Origin: Eledone cirrhosa | Taxonomy: Eukaryota | Direction: 5' to 3' | Length of the DNA stretch: 64,000 nt | Assembly: GCA_964016885.1 (NCBI GenBank) | Contig: OZ024752.1 | Location: forward strand, 23,374,001-23,438,000 | Shown here: piece by piece, positions 14,661 through 28,949 of the stretch | Position numbering within the stretch: position 1 is the first letter of the stretch | How the letters are laid out: every line of letters begins with the position of its first letter | Notes under the pieces: model-generated | Seen by the model: the letters and a program-made list of their open reading frames with translations, nothing else | Databases searched by the model: none | What the model was told of the DNA's origin: nothing | Position numbers and translations under genes: made by a program

Positions 14661-17600
14661 CGTTCTAGCGACTGTCATTCTATCTGAGTTCTAACGACTG
14701 TCATTCTATCTGACGTTCTAACCACTGTCATTCTATCTGACGTTCTAGCGACTGTCATTCTATCTGACGTTCTAACGACTGTCATTCTATCTGACATTCT
14801 AGCGACTGTCATTCTATGTGACGTTCTAACCACTGTCATTCTATCTGACGATCTAGCGTCTGTTATTCTATCTGAATTCCTAACGACTGTCATTCTATAT
14901 CACGTTCTAACCACTGTCAATCTCTCTGACGTTCTGGCGACGGTCATTCTACCTGACGTTCTTACCACTGTCATTCTATCTGACGTTCTAGCGAATGTCA
15001 TTCTCTCTGACGTTATAACAACTGTCATTCTATCTGACGTTCTAACGACTGTAATTCTCTCGGACGTTCTAACGCCTGTCATTCTAACTGACGTTCTAAC
15101 GACTGTCATTCTATCTGACGTTCTAACCACCGTCATTCTATCTGATGTTCTAACGCCTGTCATTCTATCTGACGTTCTAACAATTGTCATTCTATCTGAT
15201 GTTCTAGTGACTGTCATTCTATCTTACGTTCTAACAACTGTCATTCTATCTGACGTTCTAACGACTGTAATTCTGTCTGACGTCCTAACGCCTGTCATTA
15301 TATTTGACGTACTAACGACTGTCATTCTATATATCGTTCTAACCACTGTCATTCTATCTGACGTTCTAGCGACTGTCATTCTATTTGATGTTCTAACGAC
15401 TGTCATTCTATCTGACGTTCTAACTACTGTCATTCTATGTGACGTTCTAACGACTGTAATTCTATCTGACGTTCTAACGACTGTCATTCTATCTGAATTT
15501 TTAACAACTGTCATTCTATCTGACGTTCTAACTACTGTCATTCTCTCTGACGTTCTAGCGACTGTCATTCTATCTGACGTTCCTGCTATTGTCATCCTAT
15601 CTGACGTTCTAGCGACTGTCATTCTATCTGATGTTCCAACGACTGTAATTTTATCTGACGTTCTAACGACTGTCATTTTATCTGACGTTCTAACGACATT
15701 AATTCTATCTGACGTTCTAACCACTGTCATTCTATCTTACGTTCTAACCACTGTCATTCTATCTGACGTTCTAGCGACTGTCATTCTATTTCATGTTCTA
15801 AAGACTGTCATTCTATCTGACATTCTAGCGCTTGTCATTCTATCTGACGTTCTAACAACTGTCATTCTATCTGACGTTCTAGCGACTGTCATTCTATCTG
15901 ACGTTATAACAACTGTCATTCTATCTGACGTTCTAACGACTGTAATTCTATCGGACGTTCTAACGCCTGTCATTCTAACTGACGTTCTAACAACTGTCAT
16001 TCTATCTAACGTTCTAACGACAGTCATTATATCTGACGTTCTAGCGACTGTCAGTCTATCTGACGTTCTTACAACTGTCATTCTATCTTCCGTTTTAGAG
16101 ACTGTCATTCTTTCTTACGTTCTAACAACTGTGAGTCGATCTGACGTTCTAACGATTGTCATTCTATCTGACATTCTAGCGAGTGTCATTCTATCTGACG
16201 TTCTAACGACTGTCAATCTCTCTGACGTTCTGGCGACTGTCATTCTACCTGACGTTCTAACGACTGTCATACTATCTGACGTTCTTACCACTGTCATTCT
16301 ATCTGACGTTCTAGCGACTGTCATTCTATCTGACGTTCTAGCGATTGTCATCCTATCTGACGTTCTAACGACTGTCATTCTATCTGACGTTCTAACAAAT
16401 GTCATCCTATCTGACGTCCTAGCGACTGTCATTCTACCTGACGTTCTAGCGACTGTCATTCTATCTGACGTTCTACCAATGTCATTCTATCTGATGTTCT
16501 AACGACTGTCATACTATCTGACGTTCTAACCACTGTCATTCTATCAGACATTCTAGCGATTGTCATCCTATCTGACGTTCTAACGACTGTCATTCTATCT
16601 GACGTTCTAACGAATGTCATTCTATCTGAGGTCCTAGCGACTGTCATTCTATCTGACGTTCTAACGACTGTCATTTTATCTGACGTTCTAACGACTGTCA
16701 TTCTATCTGACGTTCTAGCGACTGTCGTTCTATCTGACGTTCTAGCGACTGTCATTCTACCCGACGTTCTAGCGACTGTCATTCTATCTGACGTTCTACC
16801 AATGTCATTCTATCTGATGTTCTAACGACTGTCATACTATCTGACGTTCTAACCACTGTCATTCTATCAGACATTCTAGCGATTGTCATCCTATCTGACG
16901 TTTTAACGACTGTCATTCTATCTGACGTTCTAACGAATGTCATTCTATCTGAGGTCCTAGCGACTGTCATTCTATCTGACGTTCTAACGACTGTCATTTT
17001 ATCTGACGTTCTAACGACTGTCATTCTATCTGACGTTCTAGCGACTGTCGTTCTATCTGACGTTCTAGCGACTGTCATTCTATCTGACGTTCTAACAACT
17101 GTAATTCTATCTGACGTTCTAACGACTGTAATTCTATCTGACGTTCTAACGACTGTCATTCTATCTGAATTTATAACGACTGTCATTCTATCTGACGTTC
17201 TAACCACTGTCATTCTCTCTGACGTTCTAGCGACTGTCATTCTATCTGACGTTCTAGCTATTGTCATCCTATCTGACGTTCTAGCAACTGTCAGTCTATC
17301 TGACGTTCCAACGACTGTTATTCTATCTGACGTCCTAGCGACTGTCATTTTATCTGACGTTCTAACGACTGTCATTCTATCTGACGTTCTAACCATTGTC
17401 ATTCAATCTGACGTTCTAATGACTCAATTTATCAGACGTTCTAACGACTGTCGTTCTATCTGACGTTCTAGCGACTGTCATTCTATTTCATGTTCTAACA
17501 ACTGTAATTCTATCTGACATTCTACCGACTGTAATTCTATCTGACGTTCTAACGACTGTCATTCTATCTAACGTTCTAACGACTGTCATTATATCTGACG

Positions 17601-20600
17601 TTCTAGCGACTGTCATTCTATCTGACATTCTAACGACTGTCATTCTATCTGACGTTCTAGCGACTGTCATTCTACCTGACGTTCTAGCGACTGTCATTCT
17701 ATCTGAAGTGCTAACGACTGTCATTTTATCCGATGTGCTAACGATGCCATTCTATCTGACGTTCTAGCGACTGTAACTTTATCTGACGTGCTAAAGACTG
17801 CCATTCTACCTGACGTTCTAGCGACTGTCATTCTATGTGACGTTCTAACAACTGTCATTCTACCTGACGTTCTAACGATTGTCATTCTATCTGACGTTCT
17901 AGCGACAGTCATTACATCTGACTTTCTAACGACTGTCATTCTATCTGATGTTCTAACGACTGTCATTCTATCTGACATTCTAGCAACTGTCATTCTAACT
18001 GACGTTCTAACAACTGTCATTCTATCTGACGTTCTAGCAAATGTGAGTCGATCTGACGTTCTAACGATTGTCATTCTATCTGACATTCTAGCGACTGTCA
18101 TTCTATCTGACGTTCTAACGACTTCAATCTCACTGACGTTCTGGCGACTGTCATTCTACCTGACGTTCTAACGACTGTCATAATATCTGACGTTCTTACC
18201 ACTGTCATTCTATCTGACGTCCTAGCGACTGTCATTCTACCTGACGTTCTAGCGACTGTCATTCTATCTGACGTTCTACCAATGTCATTCTATCTGATGT
18301 TCTAACGACTGTCATACTACCTGACGTTCTAACCACTGTCATTCTATCAGACATTCTAGCGATTGTCATCCTATCTGACGTTCTAACGACTGTCATTCTA
18401 TCTGACGTTCTAACGAATGTCATTCTATCTGAGGTCCTAGCGACTGTCATTCTATCTGACGTTCTAACGACTGTCATTTTATCTGACGTTCTAACGACTG
18501 TCATTCTATCTGACGTTCTAGCGACTGTCGTTCTATCTGACGTTCTAGCGACTGTCATTCTATCTGACGTTCTAACAACTGTAATTCTATCTGACGTTCT
18601 AACGACTGTAATTCTATCTGACGTTCTAACGACTGTCATTCTATCTGAATTTATAACGACTGTCATTCTATCTGACGTTCTAACCACTGTCATTCTCTCT
18701 GACGTTCTAGCGACTGTCATTCTATCTGACGTTCTAGCTATTGTCATCCTATCTGACGTTCTAGCAACTGTCAGTCTATCTGACGTTCCAACGACTGTCA
18801 TTTTATCTGACGTTCTAACGACTGTCATTCTATCTGACGTTCTAATGACTCATTTTATCAGATGTTCTAACGACTGTCGTTCTATCTGACGTTCTAGCGA
18901 TTGTCATTCTATCTGACGTTCTAACCACTGTAATTCTATCTGATATTCTACCGACTGTAATTCTATCTGACGTTCTAACGACTGTCATTCTATCTGACGT
19001 TCTAACAACCGTCATTCTATCTAACGTTCTAACGACTGTCATTCTATCTGAAGTTCTAACGACTGTCATTTTATCTGATGTGCTAACGATGCCATTCTAT
19101 CTGACGTTCTAGCGACTGTAACTTTATCTGACGTGCTAACGACTGCCATTCTACCTGACGTTCTAGCGACTGTCATTCTATGTGACGTTCTAACAACTGT
19201 CATTCTACCTGACGTTCTAACGATTGTCATTCTATCTGACGTTCTAACCACTGTCATTCTATCTGACGTTCTAGCGACAGTCATTCCCTCTGACTTTCTA
19301 ACGACTGTCATTCTATCTGATGTTCTAACGACTGTCATTCTATCTGACATTCTAGCAACTGTCATTCTATCTGACGTTCTAACCACTGTCATTCTATCTG
19401 ACGTTATAGCGACTGTCATTCTACCTGACGTTCTAGCAACTGTCATTCTATCTGACGTTCTAGCGACTGTCATTCTATTTGATGTTCTAACGACTGTAAT
19501 TCTATCTGACGTTCTAACGACTGTCGTTCTATCTGACGTTCTAGCGACTGTCATTCTATCTGACGTTCTAACGACTGCCATTCTATCTAACGTTCTAACC
19601 AGTCATTCTATCTGACGTTCTAGCGATGTCATTCTATCTTACGTTCTAACAACTGTCAGTATATCTGATGTTCTAACGACTATCATTCTATCTGATGTCC
19701 TAATGACTGTCATTCTATCTGACGTTCTAGCGACTGTCATTCTATCTGACGTTCTAACGACTGTAATTCTATCTGACGTTCTAACGACTGTCATTCTATC
19801 TCAATTTCTAACGACTGTCATTCTATCTGACGTTCTAACCACTGTCATTCTCTCTGACGTTCTAGCGACTGTCATTCTATCTGACGTTCTAGCTATTGTC
19901 ATCCTATCTGACGTTCTAGCAACTGTCATTCTATCTGACGTTCTAACGACTGTCATTCTATCTGACGTTCTAACCACTGTCATTCAATCTGACGTTCTAA
20001 TGACTGTCATTTTATCTGACGTTCTAACGACTGTCGTTCTATCTGACGTTCTAGCGACCGTCATTCTATTTGACGTTCTAATGACTGCCATTCTATCTGA
20101 CGTTCTAACCAGTCATTCTATCTGACGTTCTAGCGACTGTCATTCCATCTGACGTTCTTACGACTGTCATTCTATCTTCCGTTTTAGAGACTGTCATTCT
20201 ATCTTACGTTCTAACAACTGTGAGTCTATCTGACGTTCTAACGACTATCATTCTATCTGATGTTCTAACGACTGTCATTCTATCTGACGTTCTAGCTAGT
20301 GTCATTCTATCTGACGTTCTAACGACTGTCATTCTATCTGACATTCTAGCGACTGTCATTCTATGTGACGTTCTAACCACTGTCATTCTATCTGACGATC
20401 TAGCGTCTGTTATTCTATCTGAATTCCTAACGACTGTCATTCTATATCACGTTCTAACCACTGTCAATCTCTCTGACGTTCTGACGACTGTCATTCTACC
20501 TGACGTTCTAACGACTGTCATACTATCTGACGTTCTTACCACTGGCATTCTATCTGACGTTGTAGCGACTGTCATTCTATCTGACGTTCTAGCGATTGTC

Positions 20601-21699
20601 ATCCTATCTGACGTTCTAACGACTGTCATTCTATCTGACGTTCTAACAAATGTCATTCTATCTGACGTCCTAGCGACTGTCATTCTATCTGGCGTTCTAA
20701 CGACTGTCATTTTATCTGACGTTCTAACGACTGTCATTCTATCTGACATTCTAACGACTGTCATTCTATCTGACGTTATAACCACTGTCATTCTACCTGA
20801 CGTTCTAGCGACTGTCATTCTATTTCATGTTCTAAAGACTGTCATTCTATCTGACATTCTAGCGCTTGACATTCTATCTGACGTTCTAACAACTGTCATT
20901 CCATCTGACGTTCTAGCGACTGTCATTCTATCTGACGTTATAACAACTGTCATTCTATCTGACGTTCTAACGACTGTAATTCTATCGGACGTTCTAACGG
21001 CTGTCATTCTAACTGACGTTGTAACAACTGTCATTCTATCTGACGTTCTAGCGACTGTCATTCTATCTGACGTTCTAACCACCGTCATTCTATCTGATGT
21101 TCTAACGCCTGTCATTCTATCTGACGTTCTAACAACTGTCATTCTATCTGATGTTCTAGTGACTGTCATTCTATCTGACGTTCTAACAACTGTCATTCTA
21201 TCTGACGTTCTAACGACTGTAATTCTATCTGACGTTCTAACGCCTGTCATTATATTTGACGTACTAATGACTGTCATTCTATATATCGTTCTAACCACTG
21301 TCATTCTATCTGACGTTCTAGCGACTGTCATTCTATTTGATGTTCTAACGACTGTCATTCTATCTGACGTTCTAACCACTGTCATTCTATCTGACGTTCT
21401 AACGACTGTAATTCTATCTGACGTTCTAACGACTGTCATTCTATCTGAATTTTTAACAACTGTCATTCTATCTGACGTTCTAACCACTGTCATTCTCTCT
21501 GACGTTCTAACGACTGTCATTCTATCTGACGTTCTAGCTATTGTCATCCTATCTGACGTTCTAGCGACTGTCATTCTATCTGATGTTCCAACGACTGCTA
21601 TTCTATCTGACGTCCTAGCTACTGTCATTCTACTGACGTTCTAACGACTGTAATTTTATCTGACGTTCTAACGACTGTCATTCTATCTGACGTTCTAAC

Positions 21700-24600
21700 C
21701 ACTGTCATTCTATCTGACGTTCTAACGACTGTCATTTTATTTGACGTTCTAACGACATTCATTCTATCTGACGTTCTAAGGACTGTCATTCTATCTGACA
21801 TTCTAACGACTGTCATTCTATCTGACGTTATAACCACTGTCATTCTATCTGACGTCCTAGCGACTGTCATTCTACCTGACTTTCTAGCGACTGTCATTCT
21901 ATGTGACGTTCTAACAACTTTCATTCTACCTGACGTTCTAACGATTGTCATTCTATCTGACGTTCTAACCACTGTCATTCTATCTGACGTTCTAGCGACA
22001 GTCATTCCATCTGACTTTCTAACGACTGTCATTCTATCTGATGTTCTAACGACTGTCATTCTATCTGACATTCTAGCAACTGTCATTCTATCTGACGTTC
22101 TAACCACTGTCATTCTATCTGACGTTATAGCGACTGTCATTCTACCTGACGTTCTAGCGACTGTCATTCTATCTGACGTTCTAACCAGTCATTCTATCTG
22201 ACGTTCTAGCGATGTCATTCTATCTTACGTTCTAACAACTGTCAGTATATCTGATGTTCTAACGACTATCATTCTATCTGATGTCCTAACGACTGTCATT
22301 CTATCTGACGTTCTAGCGACTGTCATTCTATCTGACGTTCTAACGACTGTTATTCTATCTGACGTTCTAACGATTGTCATTCTATCTCAATTTCTAACGA
22401 CTGTCATTCTATCTGACGTTCTAACCACTGTCATTCTCTCTGACGTTCTAGCGACTGTCATTCTATCTGACGTTCTAGCTATTGTCATCCTATCTGACGT
22501 TCTAGCAACTGTCATTCTATCTGACGTTCCAACGACTGTTATTTTATCTGACGTCCGAGCGACTGTCATTTTATCTGACGTTCTAACGACTGTCATTCTA
22601 TCTGACGTTCTAACCACTGTCATTCTATCTGACGTTCTAACCACTGTCATTCAATCTGACGTTCTAATGACTGTCATTTTTTCTGACGTTCTAACGACTG
22701 TCGTTCTATCTGACGTTCTAGCGACCGTCATTCTATTTGACGTTCTAATGACTGCCATTCTATCTGACGTTCTAACCAGTCATTCTATTTGACGTTCTAT
22801 CGATGTCATTCCATCTGACGTTCTAACGACTGTCATTCTATCTGCCGTTTTAGAGACTGTCATTCTATCTTACGTTCTAACAACTGTGAGTCTATCTGAC
22901 GTTCTAACGACTGTCATTCTATCTCACGTTCTAACCACTGTCATTCTATCACACGTTCTAGCGACTGTCATTCTATTTGATGTTCTAACGACTGTCATTC
23001 TATCTGACGTTCTAACGACTATCGTTCTATCTGACGTTCTAGCGACTGTCGTTCTATCTGACGTTCTAACGACTGCAATTCTATCTGACGTTCTAACCAG
23101 TCATTCTATCTGACGTTCTAGCGACTGTCATTCCATCTGACGTTCTTACGACTGTCATTCTATCTTCCGTTTTAGAGACTGTCATTCTATCTTACGTTCT
23201 AACAACTGTGAGTCTATCTGAATTTCTAACGACTATCATTCTATCTGATGTTCTAACGACTGTCATTCTATCTGACGTTCTAGCTAGTGTCATTCTATCT
23301 GACGTTCTAACGACTGTCATTCTATCTGACGTTCTAATGACTGTCATTCTATCTGACATTCTAGCGACTGTCATTCTATGTGACGTTCTAACCACTGTCA
23401 TTCTATCTGACGATCTAGCGTCTGTTATTCTATCTGAATTCCTAACGACTGTCATTCTATATCACGTTCTAACCACTGTCAATCTCTCTGACGTTCTGGC
23501 GACTGTCATTCTACCTGACGTTCTAACGACTGTCATACTATCTGACGTTCTTACCACTGGCATTCTATCTGACGTTGTAGCGACTGTCATTCTATCTGAC
23601 GTTCTAGCGATTGTCATCCTATCTGACGTTCTAACGACTGTCATTCTATCTGACATTTTAACAAATGTCATTCTATCTGACTTCTTAGCGACTGTCATTC
23701 TATCTGGCGTTCTAACGACTGTCATTTTATCTGACGTTCTAACGACTGTCATTCTATCTGACATTCTAACGACTGTCATTCTATCTGACGTTATAACCAC
23801 TGTCATTCTACCTGACGTTCTAGCGACTGTCATTCTATTTCATGTTCTAAAGACTGTCATTCTATCTGACATTCTAGCGCTTGACATCCTATCTGACGTT
23901 CTAACAACTGTCATTCTATCTGACGTTCTAGCGACTGTTATTCTATCTGACGTTATAACAACTGTCATTCTATCTGACGTTCTAACGACTGTCATTCTAA
24001 CTGACGTTCTAACAACTGTCATTCTATCTGACGTTCTACCGACTGTCATTCTATCTGACGTTCTAACCACAGTCATTCTATCTGATGTTCTAACGCCTGT
24101 CATTCTATCTGACGTTCTAACAACTGTCATTCTATCTGATGTTCTAGTGACTGTCATTCTATCTGACGTTCTAACAACTGTCATTCTATCTGACATTCTA
24201 ACGACTGTAATTCTATCTGACGTTCTAACGCCTGTCATTATATTTGACGTACTAATGACTGTCATTCTATATATCGTTCTAACCACTGTCATTCTATCTG
24301 ACGTTCTAGCGACTGTCATTCTATTTGATGTTCTAACGACTGTCATTCTATCTGACGTTCTAACCACTGTCATTCTATCTGACGTTCTAACGACTGTAAT
24401 TCTATCTGACGTTCTAACCACTGTCATTCTATCTGACGTTCTAACGACTGTCATTTTATTTGACGTTCTAACGACATTCATTCTATCTGACGTTCTAAGG
24501 ACTGTCATTCTATCTGACATTCTAACGACTGTCATTCTATCTGACGTTATAACCACTGTCATTCTATCTGACGTCCTAGCGACTGTCATTCTACCTGACT

Positions 24601-27130
24601 TTCTAGCGACTGTCATTCTATGTGACGTTCTAACAACTTTCATTCTACCTGACGTTCTAACGATTGTCATTCTATCTGACGTTCTAACCACTGTCATTCT
24701 ATCTGACGTTCTAGCGACAGTCATTCCATCTGACTTTCTAACGACTGTCATTCTATCTGATGTTCTAACGACTGTCATTCTATCTGACATTCTAGCAACT
24801 GTCATTCTATCTGACGTTCTAACCACTGTCATTCTATCTGACGTTATAGCGACTGTCATTCTACCTGACGTTCTAGCGACTGTCATTCTATCTGACGTTC
24901 TAACCAGTCATTCTATCTGACGTTCTAGCGATGTCATTCTATCTTACGTTCTAACAACTGTCAGTATATCTGATGTTCTAACGACTATCATTCTATCTGA
25001 TGTCCTAACGACTGTCATTCTATCTGACGTTCTAGCGACTGTCATTCTATCTGACGTTCTAACGACTGTTATTCTATCTGACGTTCTAACGACTGTCATT
25101 CTATCTCAATTTCTAACGACTGTCATTCTATCTGACGTTCTAACCACTGTCATTCTCTCTGACGTTCTAGCGACTGTCATTCTATCTGACGTTCTAGCTA
25201 TTGTCATCCTATCTGACGTTCTAGCAACTGTCATTCTATCTGACGTTCCAACGACTGTTATTTTATCTGACGTCCGAGCGACTGTCATTTTATCTGACGT
25301 TCTAACGACTGTCATTCTATCTGACGTTCTAACCACTGTCATTCTATCTGACGTTCTAACCACTGTCATTCAATCTGACGTTCTAATGACTGTCATTTTT
25401 TCTGACGTTCTAACGACTGTCGTTCTATCTGACGTTCTAGCGACCGTCATTCTATTTGACGTTCTAATGACTGCCATTCTATCTGACGTTCTAACCAGTC
25501 ATTCTATTTGACGTTCTATCGATGTCATTCCATCTGACGTTCTAACGACTGTCATTCTATCTGCCGTTTTAGAGACTGTCATTCTATCTTACGTTCTAAC
25601 AACTGTGAGTCTATCTGACGTTCTAACGACTGTCATTCTATCTCACGTTCTAACCACTGTCATTCTATCACACGTTCTAGCGACTGTCATTCTATTTGAT
25701 GTTCTAACGACTGTCATTCTATCTGACGTTCTAACGACTATCGTTCTATCTGACGTTCTAGCGACTGTCGTTCTATCTGACGTTCTAACGACTGCAATTC
25801 TATCTGACGTTCTAACCAGTCATTCTATCTGACGTTCTAGCGACTGTCATTCCATCTGACGTTCTTACGACTGTCATTCTATCTTCCGTTTTAGAGACTG
25901 TCATTCTATCTTACGTTCTAACAACTGTGAGTCTATCTGAATTTCTAACGACTATCATTCTATCTGATGTTCTAACGACTGTCATTCTATCTGACGTTCT
26001 AGCTAGTGTCATTCTATCTGACGTTCTAACGACTGTCATTCTATCTGACGTTCTAATGACTGTCATTCTATCTGACATTCTAGCGACTGTCATTCTATGT
26101 GACGTTCTAACCACTGTCATTCTATCTGACGATCTAGCGTCTGTTATTCTATCTGAATTCCTAACGACTGTCATTCTATATCACGTTCTAACCACTGTCA
26201 ATCTCTCTGACGTTCTGGCGACTGTCATTCTACCTGACGTTCTAACGACTGTCATACTATCTGACGTTCTTACCACTGGCATTCTATCTGACGTTGTAGC
26301 GACTGTCATTCTATCTGACGTTCTAGCGATTGTCATCCTATCTGACGTTCTAACGACTGTCATTCTATCTGACATTTTAACAAATGTCATTCTATCTGAC
26401 TTCTTAGCGACTGTCATTCTATCTGGCGTTCTAACGACTGTCATTTTATCTGACGTTCTAACGACTGTCATTCTATCTGACATTCTAACGACTGTCATTC
26501 TATCTGACGTTATAACCACTGTCATTCTACCTGACGTTCTAGCGACTGTCATTCTATTTCATGTTCTAAAGACTGTCATTCTATCTGACATTCTAGCGCT
26601 TGACATCCTATCTGACGTTCTAACAACTGTCATTCTATCTGACGTTCTAGCGACTGTTATTCTATCTGACGTTATAACAACTGTCATTCTATCTGACGTT
26701 CTAACGACTGTCATTCTAACTGACGTTCTAACAACTGTCATTCTATCTGACGTTCTACCGACTGTCATTCTATCTGACGTTCTAACCACAGTCATTCTAT
26801 CTGATGTTCTAACGCCTGTCATTCTATCTGACGTTCTAACAACTGTCATTCTATCTGATGTTCTAGTGACTGTCATTCTATCTGACGTTCTAACAACTGT
26901 CATTCTATCTGACATTCTAACGACTGTAATTCTATCTGACGTTCTAACGCCTGTCATTATATTTGACGTACTAATGACTGTCATTCTATATATCGTTCTA
27001 ACCACTGTCATTCTATCTGACGTTCTAGCGACTGTCATTCTATTTGATGTTCTAACGACTGTCATTCTATCTGACGTTCTAACCACTGTCATTCTATCTG
27101 ACGTTCTAACGACTGTAATTCTATCTGACG
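21700..27130. repeat. Tandem higher-order duplication, unit 2719 bp (101 monomers minus 8 bp of deletions), two copies
   Basis: Landmarks 22387/25106, 22886/25605, 23192/25911, 23462/26181 and 23840/26559 all differ by 2719, as does the variant ctaagg at 21777/24496. Confidence 0.9.
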
Positions 27131-28949
27131 TTCTAACAACTGTCATTCTATCTGAATTTTTAACAACTGTCATTCTATCTGACGTTCTAACCACTGTCAT
27201 TCTCTCTGACGTTCTAACGACTGTCATTCTATCTGACGTTCTAGCTATTGTCATCCTATCTGACGTTCTAGCGACTGTCATTCTATCTGATGTTCCAACG
27301 ACTGTTATTCTATCTGATGTCCTAGCTACTGTCATTCTACTGACGTTCTAACGACTGTAATTTTATCTGACGTTCTAACGACTGTCATTCTATCTGACGT
27401 TCTAACCACTGTCATTCTATCTGACGTTCTAACGACTGTCATTTTATTTGACGTTCTAACGACATTCATTCTATCTGACGTTCTAACCACTGTCATTCTA
27501 TCTGACGTTCTAACCACTGTCATTCTATCTGACGTTATAGCGACTGTCATTCTACCTGACGTTCTAGCGACTGTCATTCTATCTGACGTTCTAACGACTG
27601 CCATTCTATCTGACGTTCAAAGCAGTCATTCTATCTGACGTTCTAGCGATGTCATTCTCTCTGATGTTCTAACGACTGTCATTCTATCTGCCGTTTTAGA
27701 GACTGTCATTCTATCTTACGTTCTAACAACTGTCAGTCTATCTGATGTTCTAACGACTATCATTCTATCTGATGTCCTAACGACTGTCATTCTATCTGAC
27801 GTTCTAACGACTGTCATTCTATGTGACGTTCTAACGACTGTCATTATATCTGACGTTCTAACGACTGTCATTCTAACTGACATTCTAGCGACTGTCATTC
27901 TATCTGACGTTCTAACCACTGTCATTCTATCTGCCGATCTAGCGACTGTCATTCTATCTGAATTTCTAACGACTGTCATTCTATATCACGTTCTAACCAC
28001 TGTCAATCTCTCTGACGTTCTAGCGACTGTAATTCTATCTGACGTTCAAACGTCTGTCATTCTATCTGACGTTCTAGCGACTGTCATTCTATGTGACGTT
28101 CTAACGACTGTCATTATATCTGACGTTCTAACGAATGTCATTCTATCTGACGTTCTAACGACTGTCATACTATCTGACGTTCTAACCACTGTCATTCTAT
28201 CTGACGTTCTAGCGACTGTCATTCAATCTGACGTTCTAACGACTGTCATTCTATCTGACATTCTAGCGACTGTCATTCTATGTGACGTTCTAACCACTGT
28301 CATTCTATCTGACGATCTAGCGTCTGTTATTCTATCTGAATTCCTAACGACTGTCATTCTATATCACGTTCTAACCACTGTCAATCTCTCTGACGTTCTG
28401 GCGACGGTCATTCTACCTGACGTTCTAACGACTGTCATACTATTTGACGTTCTTACCACTGTCATTCTATCTGACGTTCTAGCGACTGTCATTCTATTTC
28501 ATGTTCTAAAGACTGTCATTCTATCTGACATTCTAGCGCTTGTCATTCTATCTGACGTTCTAACAACTGTCATTCCATCTGACGTTCTAGCGACTGTCAT
28601 TCTATCTGACGTTATAACAACTGTCATTCTATCTGACGTTCTAGCGACTGTCATTCTATCTGACGTTATAACAACTGTCATTCTATCTGACGTTCTAACG
28701 ACTGTAAATCTATCGGACGTTCTAACGCCTGTCATTCTAACTGACGTTCTAACAACTGTCATTCTATCTAACGTTCTAACGACAGTCATTATATCTGACG
28801 TTCTAGCGACTGTCAGTCTATCTGACGTTCTTACAACTGTCATTCTATCTTCCGTTTTAGAGACTGTCATTCTATCTTACGTTCTAACAACTGTGAGTCG
28901 ATTTGACGTTCTAACGATTGTCATTCTAATTGACATTCTAGCGAGTGTC

